Assembly (NCBI GenBank): GCA_963799845.1
Contig: CAWCYI010000006.1
Span: forward strand, 640,001-704,000
Reading direction: 5' to 3'
Origin: an uncultured Nitrososphaerota archaeon
Lineage (GTDB): Archaea > Thermoproteota > Nitrososphaeria > Nitrososphaerales > CADDZS01
DNA: 64,000 nucleotides
Below are positions 51,126 through 61,630 of the stretch, piece by piece; position 1 is the first letter of the stretch; the number at the start of each line of letters is the position of its first letter. Below the pieces are notes generated by a model. That model saw only the letters and a program-made list of their open reading frames with translations, had not been told where the DNA came from and did no database searches. The translations under genes and the position numbers were made by a program.

Positions 51126-52364
51126 CTGCACGTACTCGACGGGCTGAGAGTCTTAGACGTTTCACGGGTCATGTCTGGTCCTTACGCGTCGATGCTGCTT
51201 GGTGACTATGGTGCGAAAATTATCAAGGTTGAAGACACTGGATTCGGGGATGAGACGAGACAGTGGTACCCGCCCACGATTGATGGCGAGAGCGCCTACT
51301 ACCTTTCAGCCAACAGAAACAAGAAGGATATTGCTCTAAATCTGAAAACTCCTGAAGGTCGGAAGGTCTTTTACAAACTCGCCAAAAGATCAGATGTCCT
51401 GATAGAAAATTTCAGGCCAGGTGTTACTGCAAAACTGGGAATAGATTATGGGTCAATTTCCAAGATAAACTCAAAGATAATCTACTGTTCGATCTCCGGG
51501 TTCGGACAGACAGGCCCATACGCCAATTTACCGGGTTACGATCTGATCGTATTTGCAATGGGCGGGATCATGAGCTTTACCGGCGAAGCCGGCAGACCGC
51601 CCGTCAGAGTCAGCGTCCCGATCGCTGACATGTGCGCTGGGCTATATTCTGTAACCGCGATTCTCGCAGCTTTGAGATATCTGGATAGGACCGGAAAAGG
51701 TCAGAGCATTGACATTTCGATGTATGACGTTCAGGTTTCGCTTTTAACGCATCAGGCAATGGCGTACCTCGCGACCGGCAGGAACCCGGACAAATTGGGG
51801 TCATCTCATGCAAATCTGGCACCATATCAAGCATTCATCGGCGGTGATTGTGGATACTTCGTCCTGGCTGTCGGAAATGACAAGCTGTGGGGCGATCTTT
51901 GTGTCGCCCTCGGAAAACCAGAGATTGCCGAAGACCCTAGATTCAAAACAAATCCAAATAGGATGAAAAACAAGCAAGAGCTTGTAACAATTCTTGCTGA
52001 GATTTTCTCTCAGAAGCCTGCGAACTACTGGATAGAGCTTTCGCAAAAAGCGGGCGTCCCGGCCGCTCCAATTTCCGAAGTTTCCCACGTGCTTTCAGAT
52101 CAGCACACCCTTGCGAGAGAGATGGTTGTAGAAATCGATAATCCGCGTACGGGGAAGAAGTTGAAACAGCTTGGTACCGCCGCGAAATTTTCGGTAGCAA
52201 AAACTTCGATCAGACTTCCCCCGCCGGCTCAGGGACAACATACAATTGAAATCCTGAGAGAATTAGGCTATACAAAGAGGCAGATACGAGATTTGATCCT
52301 CGCTAACGCAGTAAAAATTCACACTGGAAAGGAACCAGGAAATGAATCTAGTTTCAATCGCTAA
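51126..52364 (+). CDS. Family III CoA-transferase (CaiB/BaiF); start upstream of the computed ORF, probably CTG
   Basis: LDGLRVLDVSRVMSGP, GDETR, NRNKK, ENFRPG, SGFGQTGP, PGYD. Confidence 0.92.
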   Translation: MHVLDGLRVLDVSRVMSGPYASMLLGDYGAKIIKVEDTGFGDETRQWYPPTIDGESAYYLSANRNKKDIALNLKTPEGRKVFYKLAKRSDVLIENFRPGVTAKLGIDYGSISKINSKIIYCSISGFGQTGPYANLPGYDLIVFAMGGIMSFTGEAGRPPVRVSVPIADMCAGLYSVTAILAALRYLDRTGKGQSIDISMYDVQVSLLTHQAMAYLATGRNPDKLGSSHANLAPYQAFIGGDCGYFVLAVGNDKLWGDLCVALGKPEIAEDPRFKTNPNRMKNKQELVTILAEIFSQKPANYWIELSQKAGVPAAPISEVSHVLSDQHTLAREMVVEIDNPRTGKKLKQLGTAAKFSVAKTSIRLPPPAQGQHTIEILRELGYTKRQIRDLILANAVKIHTGKEPGNESSFNR

Positions 52365-52537
52365 CTAATATTTGATTCTCTAATAGAATCAAATTTTGAC
52401 TGTTGAGTACGCATGCTTTCAGGAAATATTAAATCGATATCACCGGTGTAAGGAAATTTGCGAAACGTGAGGACGCGACTTACTTTTCCAAGATCAAATA
52501 CGGGAGTGAACAAGAGATCTCTTACGAAGTTGCTAGT

Positions 52538-54862
52538 GTGAGCGGTCAGCAGAAGAAAAAAGCCGCCGAACTAACTTCGTACATGCCAATTCCTGTTTCG
52601 CGATCTACAGAATTTTGGACGAAATGGAAAATAAGCCACATCCGAGCTCTTGCCCAGACAGGTCAGGCTACAGAGGAACTTTTCGTCCCGGCAGCCGAGA
52701 GAACAGGTAGAGTTCTCGACAAACTGTATCTCAAGGGTGACGGAAAGAAAGACCAGAAGAGCTCGGTTCGACCTACTAGTACGGTTGTGCCTTTTTCAAA
52801 CGAGTCGGACCTGGAATTATCATCGCCGCTGTATCTCGGTGACATGTCGTTCGGAGCGCTTTCGGGAATCCCCAATATTGCTATAGCAAAAGCTGCTGAT
52901 GCCACCAATATTCTAGCCGGAACTGGCGAGGGTGGACTTCAAAAAGAAGTCGCGGATTGTTCGAGAATTACCGTTCAATGGGCTTCGGCGAGATTCGGGG
53001 TCGACATCGACACATTAGTCGCCGGGCAGGCCGTAGTGATAAAAATCGGTCAGGGGGCGAAGCCAGGAATAGGTGGTCACCTTCCGGGCGTCAAGGTTAC
53101 TCTGCCGATATCAGAGACGAGAAGAATACCGATCGGAAGGGACGCAATCTCGCCCGCGCCTCATCATGATATTTACTCAATTGAAGATTTAGGGCAGCGG
53201 ATTCTCGCTCTCAAAGAAGCCGTGAAAAAACCAATTTTTGTCAAGGTTGGTGCTACAAACTACATCCCCTACATCGCTTCCGGAATTGCCAGGATGGGAG
53301 CATCGGGAATTATCATTGATGGGGCAGGCGCAGGTACAGGAGCGGCCCCGTCCGTTATCAAGAACAATGTCGGAATCCCCATCGAATTTGCTGTTGCGTC
53401 GGTTGACTCGATCCTTAGGCGTGAAGGCTTGAGGGACAAATTCACCGTTATTGCGGCTGGACGTGTGAGCACCCCTGAAGATTCACTGAAATTGATCGCG
53501 CTGGGTGCTAACATTACAAGTCTTGGCACGGCTGCCTTGCTCGCCTTGGGGTGTTTGATGGTTCACAAGTGTCATCTCGGATACTGCCCAGCAGTTCTGA
53601 CAAACAAGATCAGCGAAAACCAAGCAAAGGTGCTGTCACTGAACCAATCAATTATTTGGTTGACGAACCTCGTCAAAGGATGGACTCAAGAAATGAAGTT
53701 GCTCATGGAACTGGTAGGAGTCTCGGAAATCAAAGATGCTGTAGGATTGAGAGATTTGTTGACCCATGATGGGTTAAGTCCTGAAACATTGGGAATACTC
53801 AATGTCAATTCTCCTAGGACTTCGAATTACGAGACTTCCCGTTTGAATGAACCAAGAACGGGTCTCCCCAAGTTATCACATAAGCCGTGGTCGACTAATC
53901 GTTTGAACATGCTTCGTGAAATGGCGGGGACAACCGGCAAATCCCCGGCAGAGGCGGAGATTTCTAGCATGGGATCAACTTCTGGGCCCTCAATAGAAGA
54001 ACCTTCAAGATTAGCTGACTGGCTCGTCTCGGATGGTGCGCAAGTTACAAGACCCAGCATAGACCCCTATAGAGAAGATATCGAGATCTTCTCTCGCTTG
54101 AGTGTGGGAGATGATACACTGAGGCTGGCAGCGCCATTTTTCTTTACTCATCTTCCCGAGGATCTACCTCTTGTGGTGAAGAAGGTATTCGCCAGGGTTG
54201 CTCAATCTTTGGGGTTGCTCTTCGATGTTGGTCAGTTTTCAACTAGAGCATTTTCACCCTACACAGAACGCCTAATTTCCAATGTCGCAGAGAATGAGCG
54301 CGATGGGCTGATGGTCACCAAAATCGGATCGGCTCAAAACAGTAAATTGTTTTGGCGAATTCCTGCTTCTAAAGCTGCTCTGGGGGAAATCGAGGCGAGA
54401 CTGGATCCCAGCTCGACATCGGGATTCATAATAGATGAGGACGATCCAAGATCGGATTTACCTCTGGAGATCGCAGTTTCCAAGCTTGACGAGTCACTCA
54501 AGAAGCGCGGGATTCGCTACCAAGTCGCTCTGTTGGCTGAGTCAAACATGATACGAGGAGCTGATGATATTTTCAAGATGCTTGCGCTGGGTGCAGACAG
54601 TACTGGTCTAGGAAGAGCCGGACTATTTGCGGTAGGATTTGAAGAGGGCGACAGTGAGATCGTGTTTGATGCGAAGCAGTCAATTGTCCATCTGGAGAAT
54701 TTCGTCGTCGCGCTCGAAAAGGAAATCAAGCTCCTCGCTGGCGCTGCAGGTGTGAGCAGCCTTTCATCTTCTTTGGTGGGAAACAGAGAGCTCCTGCGGT
54801 CAATCGATTTGGTTGAGGATGTCAGAAAAGAACTAGGGATAAAGCCGTCGGGCGGAGCGTAA
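52538..54862 (+). CDS. Glutamate synthase FMN-binding subunit (GltB2-like) with a degenerate duplicated C-terminal domain
   Basis: MSFGALS, GTGEGG, QWASARFG, KIGQGAKPGIGG.LP, SPAPHHDIYSIEDL, 3Fe-4S motif C-x5-C-x4-C. Confidence 0.9.
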   Translation: MSGQQKKKAAELTSYMPIPVSRSTEFWTKWKISHIRALAQTGQATEELFVPAAERTGRVLDKLYLKGDGKKDQKSSVRPTSTVVPFSNESDLELSSPLYLGDMSFGALSGIPNIAIAKAADATNILAGTGEGGLQKEVADCSRITVQWASARFGVDIDTLVAGQAVVIKIGQGAKPGIGGHLPGVKVTLPISETRRIPIGRDAISPAPHHDIYSIEDLGQRILALKEAVKKPIFVKVGATNYIPYIASGIARMGASGIIIDGAGAGTGAAPSVIKNNVGIPIEFAVASVDSILRREGLRDKFTVIAAGRVSTPEDSLKLIALGANITSLGTAALLALGCLMVHKCHLGYCPAVLTNKISENQAKVLSLNQSIIWLTNLVKGWTQEMKLLMELVGVSEIKDAVGLRDLLTHDGLSPETLGILNVNSPRTSNYETSRLNEPRTGLPKLSHKPWSTNRLNMLREMAGTTGKSPAEAEISSMGSTSGPSIEEPSRLADWLVSDGAQVTRPSIDPYREDIEIFSRLSVGDDTLRLAAPFFFTHLPEDLPLVVKKVFARVAQSLGLLFDVGQFSTRAFSPYTERLISNVAENERDGLMVTKIGSAQNSKLFWRIPASKAALGEIEARLDPSSTSGFIIDEDDPRSDLPLEIAVSKLDESLKKRGIRYQVALLAESNMIRGADDIFKMLALGADSTGLGRAGLFAVGFEEGDSEIVFDAKQSIVHLENFVVALEKEIKLLAGAAGVSSLSSSLVGNRELLRSIDLVEDVRKELGIKPSGGA

Positions 54863-54867
54863 TTTTC

Positions 54868-57009
54868 TTGATCGAACCGAATGATGAATGGCGATTTGAT
54901 ACTTCGTACGGCCAACCGATCGTTAAAGACGGTTGCGGCGTTTTAGGAATAATAAAGAAACCCGGCGCCCCCCAGATCTCGAGCAAGAATGTGGTAGTCG
55001 GGCTTTCTTGCATCAAATATCGGGGGAGTAACTTGGGAGCTGGTTTTGCTTGCTTTGATTCGACTCGCCTTGACAAAATCAAGATCAAAGCATTCGTAAA
55101 GGACGAGTCTGTCGGAAATTACATCGAATCGGAGCTTTCGAATCTTCTGGGCGCTCCTGCCTTTTCCCACATGGAAAGCGTCGGTGATACTTCGCTTGGT
55201 AGAAAAATTCTGGATTTGGAATTTGAATACTCTTCTGCCGGAGTATCCAATTTAGATCGCAAGGTCGATCAGATTAATTCAACATTCCTTTCGGATAGAA
55301 GAATCGATGGGAGAATCTTCTCTTTTGGAAGATCTGTGAGCGTCTTCAAAGAAGTGGGCTATCCACTGGATGTTGCGAAAATGTTTGGACTGGATGGTGA
55401 GAGCGAAAAGTTTGGTGACTTGTGGCTCGCTCACACCAGACAACCGACAAACTCCCCTGGTTCTTCACCGATCTGGTCGCATCCATTTTCATCGTTTGAC
55501 TGCGCTATCGTCCACAACGGCGACATTAGCTCGTTCGGGGCGAATCTGGAGCTCCTAAATTCTCTGGGATACAGAAGTCACGTGGGTACGGATAGCGAGG
55601 TCATTGCAAATCTGTTGAATTATCTTATACGGATCGAAGGGCTATCGGTCATCGATGCCGCAACCGTGCTGACGAATCCATTTGAGGAAAAACTGCAGCC
55701 AGCAACTCTTGAACTTCTGTCCAAATACAAAGGAGCGAAGCTCGACGGCCCTTTTGCGGTTGTGGCTGGATATTCCGACGAAAACGATTCTTACCTAATC
55801 GCTCTGACGGATAGATCCAAATTCCGTCCTATTGTGTTTGGAGAAGATGAAAATTGTTTCTATGTCGCCAGCGAAGAAAACCAGATTCGAATCCTGTCGG
55901 CTCGCGCAAGGATATGGACTCCAGAACCTGGTTCATTTTTCGTTGCCTCTGCGAAAAAGGGATTGATCGAATCGGGCACGACGCGAGTTACCTCGAATTC
56001 TTTCTGGCCGGGAGTCGGAGATTTGGATCAAAATGGTGAAACCATCGATGCTACTGGAATGTCATATAGCGAAGTTAACGAGAAAATCCGAAGATCTTAC
56101 GAAATTGGCTCCAGAGAAATACGATTCAGTAATCTGAGCGGACAGCGATATGTTGGCATCGGCTTTTCAAACAAGAAAAAGGATCCTTCATTCAAGATAA
56201 GGTTGAGCGGCTTTCCGGGTAATTGCCTTGCCAACCTGAACGACGGAGCAATTTTCGAGATCTTCGGGAATGTCGGGGACGATCTTGGTGACACGATGCA
56301 CTCCGGCCGAGTATTGATTCACGGAAGCGCCAGAGACGTAGTCGGTCAGGCTCTGCAGGGCGGCGAAATTTTCATCCGAGGATCGGTTGGAAACAGGGCC
56401 GCGATACAGATGCGCGAGTATAAGAATTACAGACCTTATTTGATAGTTGGCGAAACGTCAGACGACTACCTCTGCGAGTACATGGCAGGGGGCGTTGTAG
56501 TTATTCTGAATCTCTCTGATGAAAAAAGTCCCGTGGGAAATTACGTCGGAACGGGAATGGTAGGAGGCACCATTTACATCAGAGGAAAGGTGAAAGAACA
56601 ATGTATCGGCCTCCCACCGAAGAAAACGGACATCCTGAACTATCTTGCTGTGGAAAAAATTGATGGTGGAATCTCAACCGAGACATTCGAAATCATTTCT
56701 GGACTGGAATACCCGAGCGAAAAATCTCTTTCCGAGTTTTTGCCGGAGAGGGTTTACAAGCGTATCAGGAGTCTATTTTTCAGAGGCAAATACTCAAAAC
56801 CTGTGTCAGTTGAGTACCGCAGGCTGGATAAACGGCTAGATGATTTAGAGACCTTGGTCAAAAATATGGAAAGATTTTTCGGTGCATTCGGAATTACGCA
56901 AAATCAACAGGATACTGTTCTAAACTCTGAATTCACTGTCATTCAAAGTAAAGAGGGCGAAGAAAAAGAGGCGCCAATTCCTCCACAAGAAGTGCCCGTC
57001 GAGGAGTAA
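54868..57009 (+). CDS. Glutamate synthase amidotransferase + GXGXG domain fusion (GltB1/GltB3-like)
   Basis: DGCGVLG (Ntn Cys), AHTRQPTN, VHNGD, TDSEV, EYMAGG..V, GTGMVGG. Confidence 0.9.
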   Translation: MIEPNDEWRFDTSYGQPIVKDGCGVLGIIKKPGAPQISSKNVVVGLSCIKYRGSNLGAGFACFDSTRLDKIKIKAFVKDESVGNYIESELSNLLGAPAFSHMESVGDTSLGRKILDLEFEYSSAGVSNLDRKVDQINSTFLSDRRIDGRIFSFGRSVSVFKEVGYPLDVAKMFGLDGESEKFGDLWLAHTRQPTNSPGSSPIWSHPFSSFDCAIVHNGDISSFGANLELLNSLGYRSHVGTDSEVIANLLNYLIRIEGLSVIDAATVLTNPFEEKLQPATLELLSKYKGAKLDGPFAVVAGYSDENDSYLIALTDRSKFRPIVFGEDENCFYVASEENQIRILSARARIWTPEPGSFFVASAKKGLIESGTTRVTSNSFWPGVGDLDQNGETIDATGMSYSEVNEKIRRSYEIGSREIRFSNLSGQRYVGIGFSNKKKDPSFKIRLSGFPGNCLANLNDGAIFEIFGNVGDDLGDTMHSGRVLIHGSARDVVGQALQGGEIFIRGSVGNRAAIQMREYKNYRPYLIVGETSDDYLCEYMAGGVVVILNLSDEKSPVGNYVGTGMVGGTIYIRGKVKEQCIGLPPKKTDILNYLAVEKIDGGISTETFEIISGLEYPSEKSLSEFLPERVYKRIRSLFFRGKYSKPVSVEYRRLDKRLDDLETLVKNMERFFGAFGITQNQQDTVLNSEFTVIQSKEGEEKEAPIPPQEVPVEE

Positions 57010-57015
57010 TCGCAC

Positions 57016-57910
57016 TTGCCGGAAAAGACCGGGGATCTCTGGTGGCTATTCACCAGACAGACCCTCTGTGTTACTCAAAATGAGAGCATCCTGAACGCAG
57101 CTCTACTCATGCAAAAAAGGAATTTTCGGCACTTGCCGGTGATTACTGAATCAGGCAAGAGGCTCGCAGGAGTACTCTCTGCTCAGGACGTAATTGATTC
57201 CGTTTTTCTTGCGCTTGGACCCAGAACTAATTCGGAAGATGTCATCAGGTCTCTTGACATACCTCTTTACAGAATAATGTCCCTTCATCCGATAGTCGTT
57301 GAAAAAGGAGATGGTCTTGCTCAGGTGGTCAAGAAATTTGTGGCACATAATATTGGGGCTCTTCCCGTCGTAGACGAGACCGGACAAATACAAGGAATTA
57401 TTACACTGAGAGATCTTGTTGGTCTGCTGGGGACTGGATCTGAGCCACTTGGCGTCAAGGTGTCCGAGTTGATGACGAAACAAGTTACGGCGATTGATTC
57501 CAGGTCGTCCGTGGCTGACGCGGTTCATTTAATGTCTGAAAACAGAGTTAGGCGTCTTCCAATCGTTTCCGACGGTACTGAAAGCTCCGATCGGCATGCT
57601 CACGAACAAGGATATCTTGAGGCTCCTAAGTAGGATTGCTTCGACTGAGGAAAGCCCGGGCTTTAGGACGAAAATCTCTGAGATGATGACGCGCGACGTC
57701 ATTTCTGTGGAAGCTGATGACGATATCAGGGTCGCCGCGTCAAGGATGATGATATTCGGCATTGGCGGGCTTGCAGTCGAGGAAGATTCTGGACCCATAC
57801 TTGGCCTTATTACGGAGAGGGATTTAGTGAAAAGGCTGACCGAAATCCGCTCTGTAAGTTTTCTCGTGCAATCTATGAAGTTCGAGCTTGAAGTCATGAA
57901 ACATAATTAG
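57016..57910 (+). CDS. Four-CBS-domain protein; apparent +1 indel at ~57582
   Basis: RHLPV, GALPVV, RRLPIV, GLITERD repeats. Confidence 0.88.
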
Positions 57911-57923
57911 ATGGTTTTCATCG

Positions 57924-58211
57924 TTGGCAAAAGTTGTGACCCGAAGCGAGTTGAGAAAAGTCCGCTCGATCGCCACGATAATCGGCCAGGAACACTTGCA
58001 GTCACTGTTGAACTCCGAATACAAAGTAGTGAATAAAATGTACGTGTACTCGACGAAAAACGATGACAAGGAGTTAGTAATCAGCATATGGAGCGAGCCG
58101 AAGGAGAACAAGTCTTCACGCTGCCTGTTCTCAGATAGAATTGGAGTGGATGCGTATATGGCTGCCCTCGATTACTGGCGGCCGAGCTTTAGACCGTCCG
58201 GGAGCGAGTGA
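57924..58211 (+). CDS. Hypothetical protein
   Basis: Operonic spacing; GTGA overlap with the next gene. Confidence 0.55.
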   Translation: MAKVVTRSELRKVRSIATIIGQEHLQSLLNSEYKVVNKMYVYSTKNDDKELVISIWSEPKENKSSRCLFSDRIGVDAYMAALDYWRPSFRPSGSE

Positions 58212-58471
58212 ACGTGGATTTAGGAGAGAAGGAGCAGCAGCTGCTAAGTGAACTGGGGCTTGTCACCCTTGACTCCGATGAGATTGAGCAGAAAGTCGGG
58301 AACCTGAATATGCGTCAGCTTGATCGGCTAAAATTGATGTTTGAGAGGATAAGCAAGAAAGAAGATGTTTTTTCCGAAAAAACAAAGCAAGGTATCAAGA
58401 ATAACGACCTAAAGGCCTTTGCCGAAGCTGTGATTAGTCTCGAACGCGCACAAATGAAAAAGCATAATTAA
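58208..58471 (+). CDS. Hypothetical helical protein
   Basis: 4-nt overlap with the upstream ORF. Confidence 0.55.
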   Translation: MNVDLGEKEQQLLSELGLVTLDSDEIEQKVGNLNMRQLDRLKLMFERISKKEDVFSEKTKQGIKNNDLKAFAEAVISLERAQMKKHN

Positions 58472-58520
58472 TCTCTCGCCGCAAAGCGTCAAGGTCTTTC
58501 CCTTCAGGGGTTTCCGTTTC

Positions 58521-58751
58521 ATGCCTAGAGCAATCGTATTGGTAAATGCAGATGTGGGCAAGGAATCGGAGGTATATGCGTCGATCAAGTCAATTCCTGA
58601 AGTTATCGAAGTGCACACGAGCTACGGGACCTACGACATTATCGCTATCGTGAACGCCGAGACAAACGAGAGATTAAAGGGTATCATCACAACCCGGATA
58701 AGATCGATTCCATCGATTCGCTCCACTCTAAGCATGCCGGTCGTAGACTAA
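58521..58751 (+). CDS. Stand-alone Lrp/AsnC ligand-binding (RAM) domain
   Basis: AIVLVN...IPEV.EV...YGTYDII...IRSI..IRST. Confidence 0.88.
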   Translation: MPRAIVLVNADVGKESEVYASIKSIPEVIEVHTSYGTYDIIAIVNAETNERLKGIITTRIRSIPSIRSTLSMPVVD

Positions 58752-59071
58752 TGGATTCCGTAGTCCTTTCGGACGAAACCTTCTTCCCCGCAATTAAATC
58801 GCAACCACTTATGGTCACGGACTTTTGGGCGTCGTGGTGTGGCCCCTGTAGGATGATGGCACCAATTCTCGGGGAACTCGCAGAAAAGTATGATGGCAAA
58901 ATAGTTTTTGCGAAGATCAACGTCGATGAAAACCCGCGGACTTCCCAGCAATTCGGAATAATGAGCATTCCGACATTTCTAGTTACGAACAAAGGAAAGG
59001 TACTGGATGTACTCATCGGGGCTATGCAGAAGGAACAATTCGAAAAAGAGATCATAAAGTATTTGGCTTGA
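58751..59071 (+). CDS. trxA: Thioredoxin
   Basis: DFWASWCGPC, KINVDEN, IMSIPT. Confidence 0.95.
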   Translation: MDSVVLSDETFFPAIKSQPLMVTDFWASWCGPCRMMAPILGELAEKYDGKIVFAKINVDENPRTSQQFGIMSIPTFLVTNKGKVLDVLIGAMQKEQFEKEIIKYLA

Positions 59072-59082
59072 ATCTCAAGAGA

Positions 59083-59895
59083 CTAGAGTTTCGAGAGAAT
59101 TCTTTCACGGTTGAACAGCCTGACCCCGAGACGAAGAATAAAATAGTCAACGACGACCATTACTGCAAGAATGACGATGAGAGTGTCCATTCCCAGAAGT
59201 ATCGCTCCCGTCGTTTGTCCAAAGAGAAGTATTACAATCGGAATCACAAGCAGACCGCTAATCTGTTGCGCTTCTCTCGTTCCACTTACCCGCGTAGATA
59301 TTATCACCGTAAGACCTGTGGCGGCGATCGCGAAAGCGGGAGCGAGTCCCAGGAGAATCAGCACCCACAACGAATTCGGCAAGATCGCGTAGCCGAACAT
59401 CGGATAGTCTAGGTAGTCGGTTATGCCGGCATAAATCGAAAACGAAAGGAATGTCACAATCATCGCAGGGACGAACGAGACGAGCGTTTTTCCAAACAGC
59501 AGCTCCATGTCTGATAACGGAGTAGCGAGTAGAGCTTCGACAGTTTTCCTCTCCTTTTCGCCAGCAAAACTGTCGGAGGAAATTATCGAGGAGACTATCA
59601 AAGGTGCAAGCATTGTAAACGGGGCGAAGAATACAGTCGACATCGAATACACAAAAGCTTGTTTTGCTGTCATGCCGGCCGTCAGCCCGGCGATCTCGAA
59701 CGGGAGTGAAAACGTCGATGCGAAGCTGCCCGCGCCATTACCAGAAAGTGCGAGGACCGGTATTTGGACCGCGACCACCGGCAAGAAGACGACCATCACG
59801 ATCGGAAGGACGAATATCGGAATCAGCAGCTGCTTACTCTGCCTTATCTCGAGCCAGTCCTTTCGGAATACGAGCATCGCGTTGTGAATGTTCAT
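59083..59895 (-). CDS. ABC-2 type permease
   Basis: DSFAGEKERKTVEALLATP...LFGK. Confidence 0.9.
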   Translation of the reverse strand: MNIHNAMLVFRKDWLEIRQSKQLLIPIFVLPIVMVVFLPVVAVQIPVLALSGNGAGSFASTFSLPFEIAGLTAGMTAKQAFVYSMSTVFFAPFTMLAPLIVSSIISSDSFAGEKERKTVEALLATPLSDMELLFGKTLVSFVPAMIVTFLSFSIYAGITDYLDYPMFGYAILPNSLWVLILLGLAPAFAIAATGLTVIISTRVSGTREAQQISGLLVIPIVILLFGQTTGAILLGMDTLIVILAVMVVVDYFILRLGVRLFNRERILSKL

Positions 59896-60454
59896 TTTTC
59901 TCTATTCTCATCTCGGGAAACGATCTCGAGGTACAGCTCTTCGAGAGAAGGTTTTATCTGTACTACACCTGTAATGTTCGCGCCAGCTTTAACGAGAGAG
60001 TCCACGGCCTTGGCGGTCAGTACGTCAATCTCGTTCACAGAGTACTTGGAGTCAAACGATAGCCCTATCGTCTTTCCGTCACTCCTTTTCGAGACATCTT
60101 TTACTCCTTCGACCAGTCTTAGCAGAGATTCCTCAGAGAAGTATTGTGTGTTGATCAGAGTAATTTGAACTGAATCTGACTTTGGGTTGGAGCTGTAGTT
60201 TTTCATATTTGTTGAAATCTCTTCTTCGGTTCCGGTGGCCAGAATTTTGCCGTGGCTCAGGATGGCAACTCGATCGCAAAGTCTAGAAGCGTCGTCCAGG
60301 TTGTGCGTAGAAAGAAGAACCGTGTGTCCACCAGTCCTTGCTGTGTCCGATATTTGGGACCTTATTTCCTTGGCTGACTCGGCGTCCAGCGATGCAGTTG
60401 GTTCATCCAACAAAAGTATTGACGGGCGATGCACCAACACCCTTGAAACAGCTA

Positions 60455-61627
60455 GTGCCGCGGCCAGATAGCTTGTTCTAGATTTTTACGCGAAGATTTA
60501 AGGCCATGTCATGTTCGTCTTCGAACATGGTAGTCCATGTTCGCAGCATAACGAATGAGGAGGGGAACAAGCTCAGACAGATAGTACGTTACGGCAAGGA
60601 TCCAATAGAGATGAGAAGAGCTCAGGTCGTACTTTCTAGCGCTCAGGGATTCACTCCTCCAAAGATAGGAGAGATTGTGATGATGAGTCAGGATTATGTT
60701 AGGTCGTTGATCAAATCTTTCAATGAGGAAGGGCTGGCGATGCTGAAGCCTCACTGGAAGCCTGGAGGAAACAGGAAATTCACTCCCGAACAGAAGGCAA
60801 AGCTCGTCTCTCTTGCAACGAGTCAGCCCAAGAATCTCGGACTGCCATTCCAGCAGTGGAGCTTGCGTCGTCTAAAGACCGAGGCTGAGAAGAGGGGGCT
60901 AGTGGATTCGATCAGCAAGGAATGGCTCCGAATAATACTGGATGAGTCAGACATCAGCTTCCAGAGCGTGAAGACGTGGAAGGAATCACAAGATCCTGAA
61001 TTTGAGAAAAAGAAAGCTCGCATAGAGCGATTGACGCGAAAGAAATCGAATCCTCCCGTGGTACTTAGCCTCGATGAGATGGGTCCGTTCAATCTCGTTC
61101 CTCATGGAGGAAGAGGATGGTTTGAGCAATCCGCCCCAGAAAGGATTCCAGCAAACTACAACAAGTTTGGAGGTGCGAGATACGAATACGTTTGCCTGAA
61201 CGTCTACCACCAGCGCTTGAGCATAGATCAGTATGCTCACAAGGGAGGAAAACCGTGGCTAGAGTTCTTGAAAGGCGAGAGATCAAAATATCCTCTTGAT
61301 GAAAGGGTGTACATGATACAGGACGGTTTTAGAGCTCACTGGACTCCTGACATTCGAAGATGGGCTCATTCCACCAATACAGCACTCGTTCCAACAGCGA
61401 CGAATGCGAGCTGGATGAATCCTGTCGAGTGCCACACGGGCGACATACAGAAGCTTGCCTTGAGCGGAACCAATTACAAGAGCTGGGATGAGGTTGGAAG
61501 AGCTTTCCAAAAAGCAGTGAGCTATCGTAACATCGAAAGGAGGGCAAGAGGCAAAAGGTTCAGAGATACGCAAGCAAGAAGAAAGGGTGGGAGGAGGAAA
61601 CTCAGACGACCTTTATGGACACGGCAC
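60455..61627 (+). mobile_element. IS630-family insertion sequence (1173 bp), TA duplication at 60453-54 and 61628-29
   Basis: Imperfect TIRs GTGCCGCGGCCAGA and (rc) GTGCCGTGTCCATA, flanking TA on both sides. Confidence 0.93.
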
Positions 61628-61630
61628 TAG
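60506..61630 (+). CDS. IS630 transposase, single intact ORF
   Basis: N-terminal HTH (RRAQVVL, WSLRRL); DDE triad LDEMG / IQDG / WMNPVE; stop TAG uses the duplicated TA. Confidence 0.93.
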   Translation: MSCSSSNMVVHVRSITNEEGNKLRQIVRYGKDPIEMRRAQVVLSSAQGFTPPKIGEIVMMSQDYVRSLIKSFNEEGLAMLKPHWKPGGNRKFTPEQKAKLVSLATSQPKNLGLPFQQWSLRRLKTEAEKRGLVDSISKEWLRIILDESDISFQSVKTWKESQDPEFEKKKARIERLTRKKSNPPVVLSLDEMGPFNLVPHGGRGWFEQSAPERIPANYNKFGGARYEYVCLNVYHQRLSIDQYAHKGGKPWLEFLKGERSKYPLDERVYMIQDGFRAHWTPDIRRWAHSTNTALVPTATNASWMNPVECHTGDIQKLALSGTNYKSWDEVGRAFQKAVSYRNIERRARGKRFRDTQARRKGGRRKLRRPLWTRH

